DNA of 64,000 nucleotides from Azolla caroliniana (Eukaryota; Plantae; Polypodiophyta), in assembly GCA_043228905.1 (NCBI GenBank), contig JBHGNT010000008.1, positions 16,058,001 to 16,122,000 on the forward strand, written 5' to 3'. The translations under genes were made by a program, and so were the position numbers. A model generated the notes under the pieces. It was not told the DNA's origin. It worked only from the letters and a program-made list of their open reading frames with translations, and ran no database searches. Shown piece after piece: positions 12,603-24,100 of the stretch (position 1 is its first letter; each line of letters starts with the position of its first letter).

Positions 12603-15600
12603 CTGTATACCGACCGGAACAGACATAGTTAAGAGCTCGATGCAATATCTCGACAACTCTAAATATATGACGCACTAATAGCATCTGCCACATTAGACTT
12701 CTAGACAAATCTTGTCTTTCAAAGTCCAAAACAAAGCAAAAGAAAAAAGGGGGGAGGAAACACGAACCTGGACCAAGAACATGGACCGCGGAGGCACCTT
12801 CATATAGTGACCAAGTTTGAAGTCGGCCAAAAAGGATACTGCTTGGCTCATACTCATGTAACCATACACTTTGAAGCAAACATTGGCGAGCGGGCGCCCA
12901 GGCAGTATGTACCCCATAATGTACTCGGTAATAATGTTCAACCCCGGGGTCTAGAACGTGGGAACCAATTAAAAGAACACCATATCAGTAAAGAAAAACA
13001 ACCACAACACACGAGCTTCCGACCTAAAGCCTGAAACACCAATGTTGTCGATCTACTATGGAAAAAAAACACATGCTTTTAGGAAGTACCCATTGGAATG
13101 TTTTTTCTACCTGGTTGGTTGTTGCCGTAATGACTCCTATGGGCAATGTGAAACCGGCTGCTAGCACGCATGCCATGATCAAAGCCCACCATGGTAGTTG
13201 CACCTGGTCTTTGAAGAATATACACACTGCTAGGGACAATGCAATGGACCCTACCATTAGGATGTTCCACCACCACGATGGAATGTCCGGGTATTCCCGC
13301 ATTAGTCTTGTGTGAACGTCCGGTTTTGTCTTCAATGCGGCTCTGCTTTGTTGCCATATCTCCCTGTAAGAAAGATCACATGCCACACAATTTGTTTTAG
13401 CATTTCACAAGTACAAATCAAGCAAATATTCCTAGTGTCCATGACCTCAAATGAAAATTATGGATAAAATTTCTAAAGTTGAACCAACAATGTGTTTAGA
13501 CATTTGAATTTTGTGTTTATACATTTGTGTTTTCATTAATGTGTCATTGTGAAATTTTAAGTAATGTTGTCCCCTGGAAATTCAAAAGAACCATCACAGT
13601 TTTTTAGCATTTCACAAGCACAAATCAAGCAAATAAACAAAGTGTTGTTCCTGGAGTTTCAATGGAATCATCGAAAAAAATGGCATTGTTAGGGACAAAT
13701 CATGGTGTTTGGGTAAATATCGAAAAAGCTTATCAGCAATCTGGTGCAATAACGAAGAATTTCGGAGTTGTTTTCACCTTACGAATTAATGTACACACAC
13801 ATACATGTTTGTGGTTGAAATCATATAATAAATCAATGAGCATTTTTAAGGAGCTGTGTTTAATGGGGGGGGAGTACAAGGGACACATACTTGCCATAGA
13901 AGAAGAGAACATGTGTGAGTGTCGCCGCGATCGTGGCGAACCCGAGGCCATAACCAAGAGCAAAGATAATGCTGAGGTGAACCTGGCCTTGTTCAAGGTA
14001 GGCTGTATTGTTCAAGGTGAAATTAGGGTTAAGCACAGCCTCAATGTCGTAACTGTGCCCAGATTTCGTGAAGAGCTTGGACGAGAAAATGGGGAAGTTC
14101 TTGGCTTCATACAAGTTGTTCCAATAGGCGATCGGGATAAAGACATAGATGAAGAGCACGAATCCGACCGCAACATTGACAATGACAAAGAATGGCGAGA
14201 CCAAAGGGCTGAGAAGGAATGATGAGACGCCCGACCAATCGAAACTCATAGCCCCGACACCGAGGCCTCGGAAACCCGAGCCAATCTGTTGTGCCATCAC
14301 CGACTTGGGGTAAATCCAACAGACCCATGAGAAATAGGTCAAGGTGCTAAACAAGTAACCCGGGAGCACGTAGTAGGAGAAGCTCACAATCATCATCATC
14401 AAGAAGAATTGGCTTCTTGACAATCCCTTTGATGTGTCCTTCTCATGTAATGTTCTGCAAATAGAGAAACAAGGGTAATCAACATTCAGAATGAGAGCAC
14501 ATATATGTATATTATTTCCCCCCTTGTCCAGGCAAATTTCGGGGAGAAATCGCAAGAACACAAGAGGGATTTGGCGGAATAACGACAAAATGTTGGGGAC
14601 ATTCTGGAGCTTCTTTTTTGTTCACCTATTTTATGTCTTACCTGAATAGAGAGACTTGCACTAGAGTACTTGGCCACCACATTTGAGATGGTTCGATGAG
14701 ATATTTCCGGAAAAGCCCAGCCCAGCCATAACCTAGAACCTGACCTTAATGGAAAAACCAGAAAATAAAACCCAAACATGTTCAATGAGCAAAAATGTGA
14801 GCTAATGTCTTGGGGATTTATTGCTATGCATATGTAGTAACTATGATTTGCCATATTATTTGTATATATGTGTAATGTGCACTATTTGATTTGTGAGTTT
14901 CTCTTGATTTTCATGAAATTTCCTTCCGATTCCGGTCATTTCCCCGAGTGTTTCCTGCTGAGCTTTTTTATGCTTCCGTTCCAGTGAAGATTTGGGCCAT
15001 GGATTTGCTGATAGAGCACATCTAAATGTGCTCAAGATAAAAAAGCAAAAAACAAAAAGCAGGGTATATGTTACCCAACCAAGAAGGTGAATTGAATGAA
15101 TGCAAGGTCATTTCCAGGAATGTTTCCTGCTGAGCTTTTTTTATGCTACCTCTCCAACCAAGATTTGGGCCATAAAATTTGCTAATATAGTACATCCAAA
15201 TGTTCTCAAGATAAAAAGAAGAAAGAAAGCAAAAAAAATGCAGGGTATATATGTTACCCAACCAAGAAGGTGAATTGAATGAATGCAAGATCATTTCCAG
15301 GAATGTTTTCTGCTGAGCTTTTTGATGCTTCCTTTTTCCAGCCAAGATTTGGGCCATAACATATGCTACTATAGTACATCTAAATGTGCTCAAGATTTGT
15401 AAAAAAGGCAAAAAAAAGCAGAGTATATGTTACCCAACCAAGAAGGTGAATTGAATGAATGAATGGAAAGGGGGATTTTTTTTTTCACATTACCTGAGTG
15501 GTCAAGATGATGGACAATCCAGCCAAGAAAGAGATATTCCTGTGGTAAAGAGCTTTGACAATGTCGATGATCATGACTGCATATGCATTCCCATTACCGA

Positions 15601-16021
15601 AGGCCATGCCGGCATTGGCAAAGATCGTTATCAGCACATGCTCTTTCACATTGAAAGGGCCCGGGTTGAGCGAGAAGGAGCCCCCGAGGATCGGGAGCCG
15701 GTACCGAGTCTTGGGCAAGACCAGGGCCATGAATCGGCCGATGGGTAGGGATGCTATCTGCACAGTGATTTGGGTCACAATCAGAGGCTCTGTTCTGTAG
15801 GAGAAGAACTGGTTGAGGAATGAGAGGAGCACACATGAAAGCAGGCCTATGCTCCACATCCTGAATGTCCATACTGGTAGTGATGGATCGTCTGTTGTGC
15901 CCACTGTCAGAGCTACTTGCTCAATAGGCGATTGATCCTCTACTTCTTCCTGAGCTTCCATAGCCTTCTTCTCTGTCTCCAATGAAACAGCATCATATCG
16001 TTCTTTGCTTGTCTTTTCCAT
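11982..16021 (-). CDS. OPT4: Oligopeptide transporter, OPT family (AtOPT4-like), 6 coding exons, 748 aa
   Basis: Exons 16021-15494, 14739-14642, 14454-13891, 13363-13111, 12950-12768 and 12602-11982. All introns are GT-AG and the phases join into a 2247-nt ORF. OPT signatures [24 protein letters not shown] and [11 protein letters not shown]. Orthology within the OPT family is by recognition only. Confidence 0.95.
12768..12950 (-). CDS. OPT4: OPT exon 5
   Basis: [27 protein letters not shown]; acceptor TTCTAG|, donor |GTTCGT. Confidence 0.92.
13111..13363 (-). CDS. OPT4: OPT exon 4
   Basis: EIWQQS..DVHTRLM..ATTNQ; acceptor TTACAG|, donor |GTAGAA. Confidence 0.92.
13891..14454 (-). CDS. OPT4: OPT exon 3
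   Basis: TLHEKD...THVLFFYG; acceptor TTGCAG|, donor |GTATGT. Confidence 0.92.
14642..14739 (-). CDS. OPT4: OPT exon 2 (this frame is absent from the ORF track)
   Basis: [32 protein letters not shown]; acceptor GTCAG|GTT, donor AG|GTAAGA. Confidence 0.92.
14949..15463. repeat. ~180-bp tandem repeat (about 3 copies) in OPT intron 1
   Basis: Anchor TATATGTTACCCAACCAAGAAGGTGAATTGAATGAATG at 15065, 15248 and 15424. Confidence 0.85.
15494..16021 (-). CDS. OPT4: OPT exon 1
   Basis: ATG at 16021; [13 protein letters not shown] and [10 protein letters not shown]; donor CAG|GTAATG. Confidence 0.92.
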
Positions 16022-16364
16022 AATCCTGGTAGTAATTAGGGTACGTAACTGCCCCTGTAATCAAGCTGGGGCCTCCCTAATGTCCCTCAAATCAAACTAA
16101 TGCATGCGTAATTAACCCCCTCAAGGAAGCTGAGGCCTAGTTAACTACCCTCTAAATACCCTCTAATTAAGCTGAGATGTCCCTCAGTACCCTGTGAAAA
16201 CTCCTTAATTATCCTCTAATCAAAGCTCAGATCCACCTAATTACTCCATAATGACCTCAGATCTGCTTAATCAGCCCCTAATTACAGACAGGTCTGCTTA
16301 ATTTAGCCTCCCCTGTTCCACTCCCAAGTGGAGTGAGAGTTCACACTGTGGCGGGACATGGTTG

Positions 16365-17090
16365 GTTATTTATTTACTTATTTTGTTTATTATTTATCTG
16401 TTTGTCTATTTATCTATTTATCTATTTTTATTGTTTATTTTTATTTTTATTTTTATTTTTATTTTTATTGTTTATTTTTATTTTTATTTTTATTTTTATT
16501 TTTATTTTTATTTTTATTTTTATTTTTATTTTTATTTTTATTTTTATTTTTATTTTTATTTTTATTTTTATTTTTATTTTTATTTTTATTTTTATTTTTA
16601 TTTTTATTTTTATTTTTATTTTTATTTTTATTTTTATTTTTATTTTTATTTTTATTTTTATTTTTATTTTTATTTTTATTTTTATTTTTATTTTTATTTT
16701 TATTTTTATTTTTATTTTTATTTTTATTTTTATTTTTATTTTTATTTTTATTTTTATTTTTATTTTTATTTTTATTTTTATTTTTATTTTTATTTTTATT
16801 TTTATTTTTATTTTTATTTTTATTTTTATTTTTATTTTTATTTTTATTTTTATTTTTATTTTTATTTTTATTTTTATTTTTATTTTTATTTTTATTTTTA
16901 TTTTTATTTTTATTTTTATTTTTATTTTTATTTTTATTTTTATTTTTATTTTTATTTTTATTTTTATTTTTATTTTTATTTTTATTTTTATTTTTATTGA
17001 TTTTTATTTATTTTTATTTTTATTTTTATTTTTATTTTTATTTTTATTTTTATTTTTATTTTTATTGATTTTTATTTATTTTTATTTTTG
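16365..17090. repeat. (TTTTTA)n microsatellite, pure core ~16471-16998
   Basis: Directly visible. It produces the spurious FI/FL/FY ORFs. Confidence 0.98.
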
Positions 17091-17485
17091 ATTTATCTAT
17101 TTATTTCTTAGCTGATTGATTGATTTGTTTTTAGGTTTATTTTTTTTATAATATGTTTTTTCTTTATTTCTTTTCTTTTCTTTATTTATTTAATGTATCT
17201 TTCTTTTTCTTTTTAATTTTTCCATTTTATTTATTTTGAAAAATACTCGGCCGGCGCTTTTTATTAATTTCTTACAAATTCGCACACCATCCCTTTTTGC
17301 CCTTCCAAGTCAAAAGCTAAAAGGTAACTATATAAATAAATAAAAGCTAAATTACCAAAGATAGAAAAGTGTGGCTATCTTTAGGCCACGCATGTGTATC
17401 ACCTGTGTGTTTCAAGGTAGCCTTTTTCTACCCCATAAGGACCTCCAAGATCACGGGAACTCTTCACCCACCCTCACAATGCATT

Positions 17486-17860
17486 GATCCTACTACCAAC
17501 AATCGATACAAGAAATGATCACAATTGCTTCCCTAGTTGTCTCGCTAAGACAAGCCCATTGTGTCCAAGTCATTTTCTAGCTCCACTAGTGTTGAGACAT
17601 TGGTCAATCCCACTATCAATCAATACAAGAAATGGTCACACGGCTTCTTGCCCAGCCGCCGACATTGCTCGTCACAATGAGCCCATTGTGTCCAAATCAT
17701 TTCTAGCTCCACGAATGTTGAGACATTAGTCGATCCCACCATCAATCGTTACAAGAAATGGTCTCAACTGCTCTCCCCCTTCCTTACGGCACATCTCACC
17801 ACAACAAGCCCATTGTGTCCAAATTGTTTCTAGCTCCATGAATGCTGAGACATTGGTCAC
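17486..17860. repeat. ~120-bp tandem repeat, 3 diverged copies
   Basis: CAAGAAATG at 17509, 17626 and 17752; GCCCATTGTGTCCAA..TTTCTAGCTCCA..GAGACATT occurs three times. Confidence 0.85.
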
Positions 17861-19449
17861 TAATATTCTTTCAATAGGGTGGGTTGGGGGCAGGACCGAT
17901 AGAGCTCCCTCATAGATTTGTTTTGAGGCAAGAGAAATATCGTAGAAAAGTCCCTTGTCTAATTTCAGAATCAATCCTCATCGGATTAGCACATAACCAC
18001 TTGGGCTGCCACTACTTGTGGATGACATATGAGACCTTGACAAGGAAAAAAAAAGGTTTCCCAAATTGAGTGAGAATGTTGATTGGTTGAAAAGAGTTAT
18101 GTAGCCATTCTCTTTCCATAGCTGGTTTCATGATGGTTACATCTCCATTGAATTTGATAAATTACAAGGACGTTGATTCAAAGATTTCAACGAATGTCAC
18201 ATAATAGCGGGAATAAAGTTGTCGACCTTACCATCGGATGAACCAACATATCCAAAGTTGTGCAAGAAAAGAATATGATTGTTGTAATCGTGTTATGACT
18301 TTGTCAAACTTTCACATGGTTTTCTTTCCAACTTTTTTGCACGTCTTGTTGGGTTCCATTTGACTACTACTTTTTGTATTCGAAAGTCTTCATTGAATAC
18401 TCGAGTGACATTAATGTCATTGTATGGTAGCAGATGAGTTCAACATTGGCATGGATTATTCACAATGCATAATCTATTAACAATGCGTACATTGAAAAGG
18501 CCCAAATAAGTTGGACAAAATACTTCCCAAGTATTGGAAGATGAATTGAAGCATACGAATTGAATTTCTATAGAGGGTACATTTATATATGATTATAGAG
18601 TATAAGCTAAAGCCAAGGTTTGATTAATAGTTCCATCTCGACATAAATATAGAGGTCTCTTTCGTATTAAAAATATTGTTGAAAGATGTGTAATACAATG
18701 ACTTTCTCTATAATCAGTTACATGTGATCTTATGATCATGTTAATATATGGTTTTAGACCTTTGGGAATTCCCAACTTCATGTACCTTTCAACAATGATA
18801 TGCTTTTGAGCATTTGGATGTGTGTAGTGCATCTCTTTGAAAAAAATGTTTATGTTCAGGAATAGTTGTTGTTAAGGGTATTGTTAGGTCAAACCAATGG
18901 GTTGCATAAAGTGATGCATAAAGACATAAATATATGGAGATTTGGTACAATGAACCTAACATGGAACCCATTCCTTGAGATTTGAATGCACGAACTTAAT
19001 ATTGGAATTGGCAAAGAAATAGGTGAACAAGCATTCCTTGTTTAATAAATAAAAATAAGCTTATAAATCTTTAAGCAATCAAAGTGGTGGCGTGGCACCT
19101 ACAATTTTTCTTCCTATAGGTAAAGGTAATGCTATCATGGTGTGCTTTTATGGTAATCCTTCCTATCTCAAGGTATAACCTACCAAACATATTACAAATT
19201 GTACTAATATATATTGCTATTGAACATTGGAAAGACATTGTCCCTTACATATACAACATATGTGTAACCTTAATAAGAATTACCTATGAAGATTAGGATA
19301 CGGCCATCATCCTTAACCACCTTCAATTGAAAGGGTTGCTAGAAAGTCATGTGGTCCTCTTGTTTCAATTAACATCATAAAAGTGTTTTGAGTCCATTTT
19401 GAATGAGGATTAACTTTAACAAGTAGCAAGAAACTTGAATTATTACATG

Positions 19450-19833
19450 TTACAACCAATCACTTTATAAGAAAAGGCTTTATATAATCCACAAGAATAG
19501 GAAATTGGTGATTCATCATTTCTACCATCCATTTAACCACTCCCAGTAATTATCTCTCATTGTAAGATATCACTTTCTTTTCTATTACAAATATAAACTA
19601 GAATATATGCTCTCTAAAAGCGGGCAACACTATCGTGATTACAACCAATCGCTTTATAGGAAAAGACTTTATAGTCCACAAGAATAGGAAATGCATGATT
19701 CATCATTTCAAGTTTCAACCATGCATTTAATCAGTCCTAATAATTATCACCCATCGTAATATATCACTTTCTTTCCTATTACAGATATAAACTAGTATGC
19801 ATGCTATCTGAAAGGGGGCAACACTATCGTGAT
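19450..19833. repeat. ~190-bp tandem duplication
   Basis: TTACAACCAATC at 19450 and 19639; both units end GGGCAACACTATCGTGA. Confidence 0.85.
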
Positions 19834-20199
19834 CACTTATGACGACATTTGGACATTATTTAAATGTGGCACAAAATGGAAAATGGTTGCAAAACCTTTG
19901 TTTTCATTTTCCAAAAAGAAGCTACTTTGCCATTAGTTAGGAGAGATTATTACAAAAAGACAATACAAGGTGGCTTATACATAAATGGGGGAATCACCCT
20001 CCGACCGAGTTCAAGAATATGAGATTATGTACATATCCTTTCAAATTGACTACTTAATGTAAATAGGTACCTATAGCTATAAACTAGTGGCCTACAACGA
20101 AGGGAGGGTGGGAGGTGAGTTGAAAACAACCAGCGTGGGGGTTGGTAGTTCCACCTCGGGCTATTTCCTCCTAGGTGACACTCGTAGGTAGCTGATAAT

Positions 20200-20735
20200 C
20201 TCGAACCATTTATCCATGTTCAATTCTTGTGGGGCACATACAAGATCTTCGAAGACTTGTAGGTAGCGTCCTTTCTATACATACCATAGGGTGAAGCATG
20301 CGATCAACATTCAAATCTCCTCAAACCAAGGGGATGTGGTCTTCAAGCCTCTCTCAAATTAGATCTTGACGAGTTTACCTCTTGTGCATTCATAGCACCA
20401 ACTGTCTGCATTGAAGGCGTTTGTCCAACTATCAACCGAGAGATTGATCCAAGCCGTTGCGCTCCACGATGTTGTTCCTTCCACTTCCATGTAGCTAGGA
20501 AGTGAGTCACTCTGTTCCATACCCTCTGAGCTTGACGACAATCACACAAACAGTGTCTCATAGTCTCTAAAATAGGTGAAGAATAGAGTGGGCAAGCTAT
20601 TGGGCCACCGCGTATAACTAGCCATTCACCAATAGGGACCACGTTATGGCCAATCTACTATGAAAATAACTTGATCTTCACAGGCACGTGGAAACACAAG
20701 AGACCCTTCCAAAAGGTACTGAGCACCTTGTCAAA
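20200..20735 (-). mobile_element. LINE 3' fragment (zf-RVT-like region)
   Basis: PVKIKLF..HNVVPIGEWL..ACPLY..ETMRHCLCDCRQAQRVW resembles the C-terminal zinc-binding region of plant L1 ORF2. Confidence 0.7.
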
Positions 20736-20746
20736 GATGCACATGT

Positions 20747-21021
20747 TGAAGATGATATGCGGAAAAATAGGTTAGGACTTGCAAGGTAGTGTCAAGCAAA
20801 CAACACAAACATAGTATAGATATGCAAGAAGGTAGAAAGTAAGATAGACACAATTTAGCTCTAATGGGGGGGGGGGGCTCTGTTATTCTCTTCTGAAAAA
20901 CTCTCTCACTTTGTTACAACGTTATAGTTGGGTTTATATATACAGAAGCCCTAACTTGACGACATGTTCACACTAAGATACAAAGTGGAAGGAGTCGGCC
21001 TTTTATACCAACAAACTCCCC
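20747..21021 (-). mobile_element. Copia 3' LTR with PPT remnant (same family as LTR 28031-28321)
   Basis: Minus strand reads GGGGAGTT|TGTTGGTATAAAAGGCCGACTCCTTCCACTTTGTATC, versus TGTTGGCATAAAAGGCTGACTCCTTCCACTTTGTATC at 28031. Confidence 0.8.
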
Positions 21022-21108
21022 TGTAAAAGGGCTACTCTTCCTATGTAGCCAAGTAATTGGGGTTATCTATCCAGTGAACCTAGATTACAAGTGTATATAC
21101 ATACAAGT

Positions 21109-24100
21109 AGTCATGAATACAAGAACATCATGGCTTCACTCAGACTTGAACCCAAAACCTTGTAATACATAATCGAGAACCCAACCATTAAGATAACCTA
21201 TTGTCATATAAAATAATAAAAGCTAATTATGAAAACTCTAGAGTATCCTAGAACATCTTAGAATATTCTAGGTCTACAAATTCTAGAACATTGTAGAAAT
21301 CCCGAGGCTATTCTATAGGAACCTATAAATATAGACATACAAGCCGTCTCAAACCAATTTGAACCAACACCAATCTTAAGCTCTCATCGCCTATCTTGTA
21401 TGCATTCTCATTCTATCTTAATACATACATTCTTCTCTTATCATTTCATTCCTCTCTTCTTGTGATCTCTTATATCTTTCTTCCGTCACTGTATCTTTTC
21501 TCTTGGTTTTGACAGTTTGATTCGAATTCTCCTTCCTTTATCCTCTTCTATAAACTTTAGGAAACGATGGCTACCATCAACTCACAAGAATATCTCGCCC
21601 TTGTTGCGGAAATGGAGAATCTTAAAGTCAAGTTTGCATCGTTTGAATTAGAGAATCAATGTCTACTTGGAGATCTACAAAAGGTTAATGTGGAAAAGCA
21701 ACAACAATAAGAGGAGTTTACACGTCAACAATTAGAATTGACCATTGTAGTTTTATAACAACAAAGTCTAGAAGGCCAAGGAATCATCAAGGAGCCCAAA
21801 ATCAGCCTCCTAGCTAAATTTGATGGTTTGAGCGTACATTTCCAGGGCTTCTTAAATCAAGTATGCCTGGTAATTCAAATGCATCCCTTGCATGATTCGA
21901 TAGATGCATTGCGAGTTGGGTTAGTGGGCACCTTATTGACTAGCATAACATTGATGTGGTTTGCTCCATTACTAGAGACAAATTCTCCCCTACTAAATAA
22001 CTTTGAGGAATTTAAAAAAGAATTTAAGGCTTGGTTCGGAGATACAGATGGTGCGAGAGCAACAATTAACAAGATTCATACACTACGTCAAGGCGATCAA
22101 CCAACATTGACATATGTGACCAATTTTTGTCTCATTGCAAGTCATATTCCTTGGGATGAACAAGCCCTAATGGAGCAATTTCGTTCCAGCCTACGTAGTG
22201 ATGTGAAAGACTTACTTCTTACCTTCCTCGAGGATCCAAAATCACTTACAGAAGCTATTAGTCAAGCAATATGGTGTGATAATCGCCTTTTTGAACGTCG
22301 ATGTGAACGACAACAACAAATACAAGATCAAGATTCACACCGACTTATGCATCAATAACGATGCAATCATCTCCAAGGCAAACATATAACCCTGTCCCAA
22401 CTCCAAGGCAAACACGTAGTCCAACCCCAATGGATAGTCCTACACCCATGGAGATTGATATGACCCAACGATGAGGACCATTGTCAGATGAAAAGAAGCA
22501 ACGGCGCTGAGCAAATGGTATGTGCTTATATTGACGAGATCTAAGCCCAAATGGAACAATTTCATTCCGACCTTCGTAGTGATGTGAAAGACTTACTTCT
22601 TACCTTTCCTGAGGATCCAAAATCACTTACAAAAGCTATTAGTCGAGCAATATGGTGTGATAATTGGCTTTTTGAGCGTCGATGTGAGTGACAACAACAA
22701 ATAACAAGATCAAGATTCACACCAACTTATGCATTAGTAACGGCGCAATCATCTCCAAGGTAAACATATAGTCCCCCTCCAAGGCAAACATATACTTCAA
22801 TCCCAATGGATAGTGCTACACCCATGGAGATTGATATGACCCAACGACAAGGACCGTTATCGGACGAAGAGAAGCAACAATGCCGAGCAGACTGTCTGTG
22901 CTTATATTGTGGAGGTCTAGGACATACAATCATTCATTGCCCCCATAAGCGGAGATGTCAGGTAAATCAAATTCACTATGACAATAAAAATGAGTCCAAC
23001 ATTTTAGAAACAGCCAGTGATTCTAATATTATGAATAATCCACCTTTGTCAAATAAGTTTGAAGTCCTAAGACAATTAGAAGAGGAGTCAAACAAATAAG
23101 TCTAGCCAAAATAGGAGCCATTTGGTTGGACAACCCTAGATCTGTCCAACCTAGAGTAGGTTCCATTTCTTCCAAGCATGTTAGTAAGGTCTTCTCAACG
23201 CAAGTACAAGTTAGGACACCAAGTTGTCAACTTCAAGTCCAAGCTCTCTCAGATACTGGAGCCAAATCTTGTTTCATGGATAGATATTTACCAAATATCC
23301 TTGCATACACTTCCTTGCCCAGTTTCCATAGTAGTGATTGATGGACATCCCATAGCTTCTGGGAAGATATTCGAAGATTTTGAACCAGATATTCGATGAT
23401 TTAACATGTGTAGTTTCCTTTAACATAATTCGTAGCCCCGTGCATCCAATTGTCCTCGGTTTGCGATGGTTCAAGCTACATAACCCAAGAATCGATTGGA
23501 GGAGGCTCGAAATTTGGTGCCCTGTAGCAGAAACATCATTTCCAAGGATTGAACCAAATATTATTCTCATAAAGAATATAGTTCTACTAATGCACCATCT
23601 CCTTTTTATTGAATTTCCACTATCACATTGCAACAATTATGCCAACGGGGAGGAACGGAGGAACTTTTCTTGTTTGCAGTATCAGTGTCACTTCTAGTGC
23701 CACTCAAGGGAATTCAGACATCCAAATTCCCAAAAAATATCAAGAATATGCAGATGTTTTCGACAAAGTCAAAGGTAGTGTACTTACAAAACATCAGTCA
23801 TACGACTATCCCATTGACCTCCAACTAGGAAAAGAGCCATCATGGGGTCCAATCTACAATATGTCACCAACTAAGCTTGAGGTTCTTCAAGCATACATCG
23901 AGGAGAATCTTGCACATGGGTTTATTCGACATTCAAAGTCTCCAGCTGGTGCTCCTATCTTTTTTGTGAAGAAAAAGGACGGCTCGCTTCGTTTGGTTGT
24001 GGACTATCGAGGATTAAATAAAGTCACCATAAGAAATATGTATGCTCTTCGTTTAATCTCTAGTCTTTTAGAGCGCATTGGTGGGGCAAAGAATTTTACA

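Noticed and set aside
16333-17091. 212-252 aa FI/FL/FY ORFs
   Set aside because: Translations of the stop-free (TTTTTA)n microsatellite.
18000-18980. Possible decayed transposase on the minus strand
   Set aside because: No recognisable motif by eye; needs tBLASTn or HMM search.
21131-21198. Functional tRNA genes at 21131, 49308 and 60093
   Set aside because: Acceptor and anticodon stems do not pair; kept only as tRNA-like relics.
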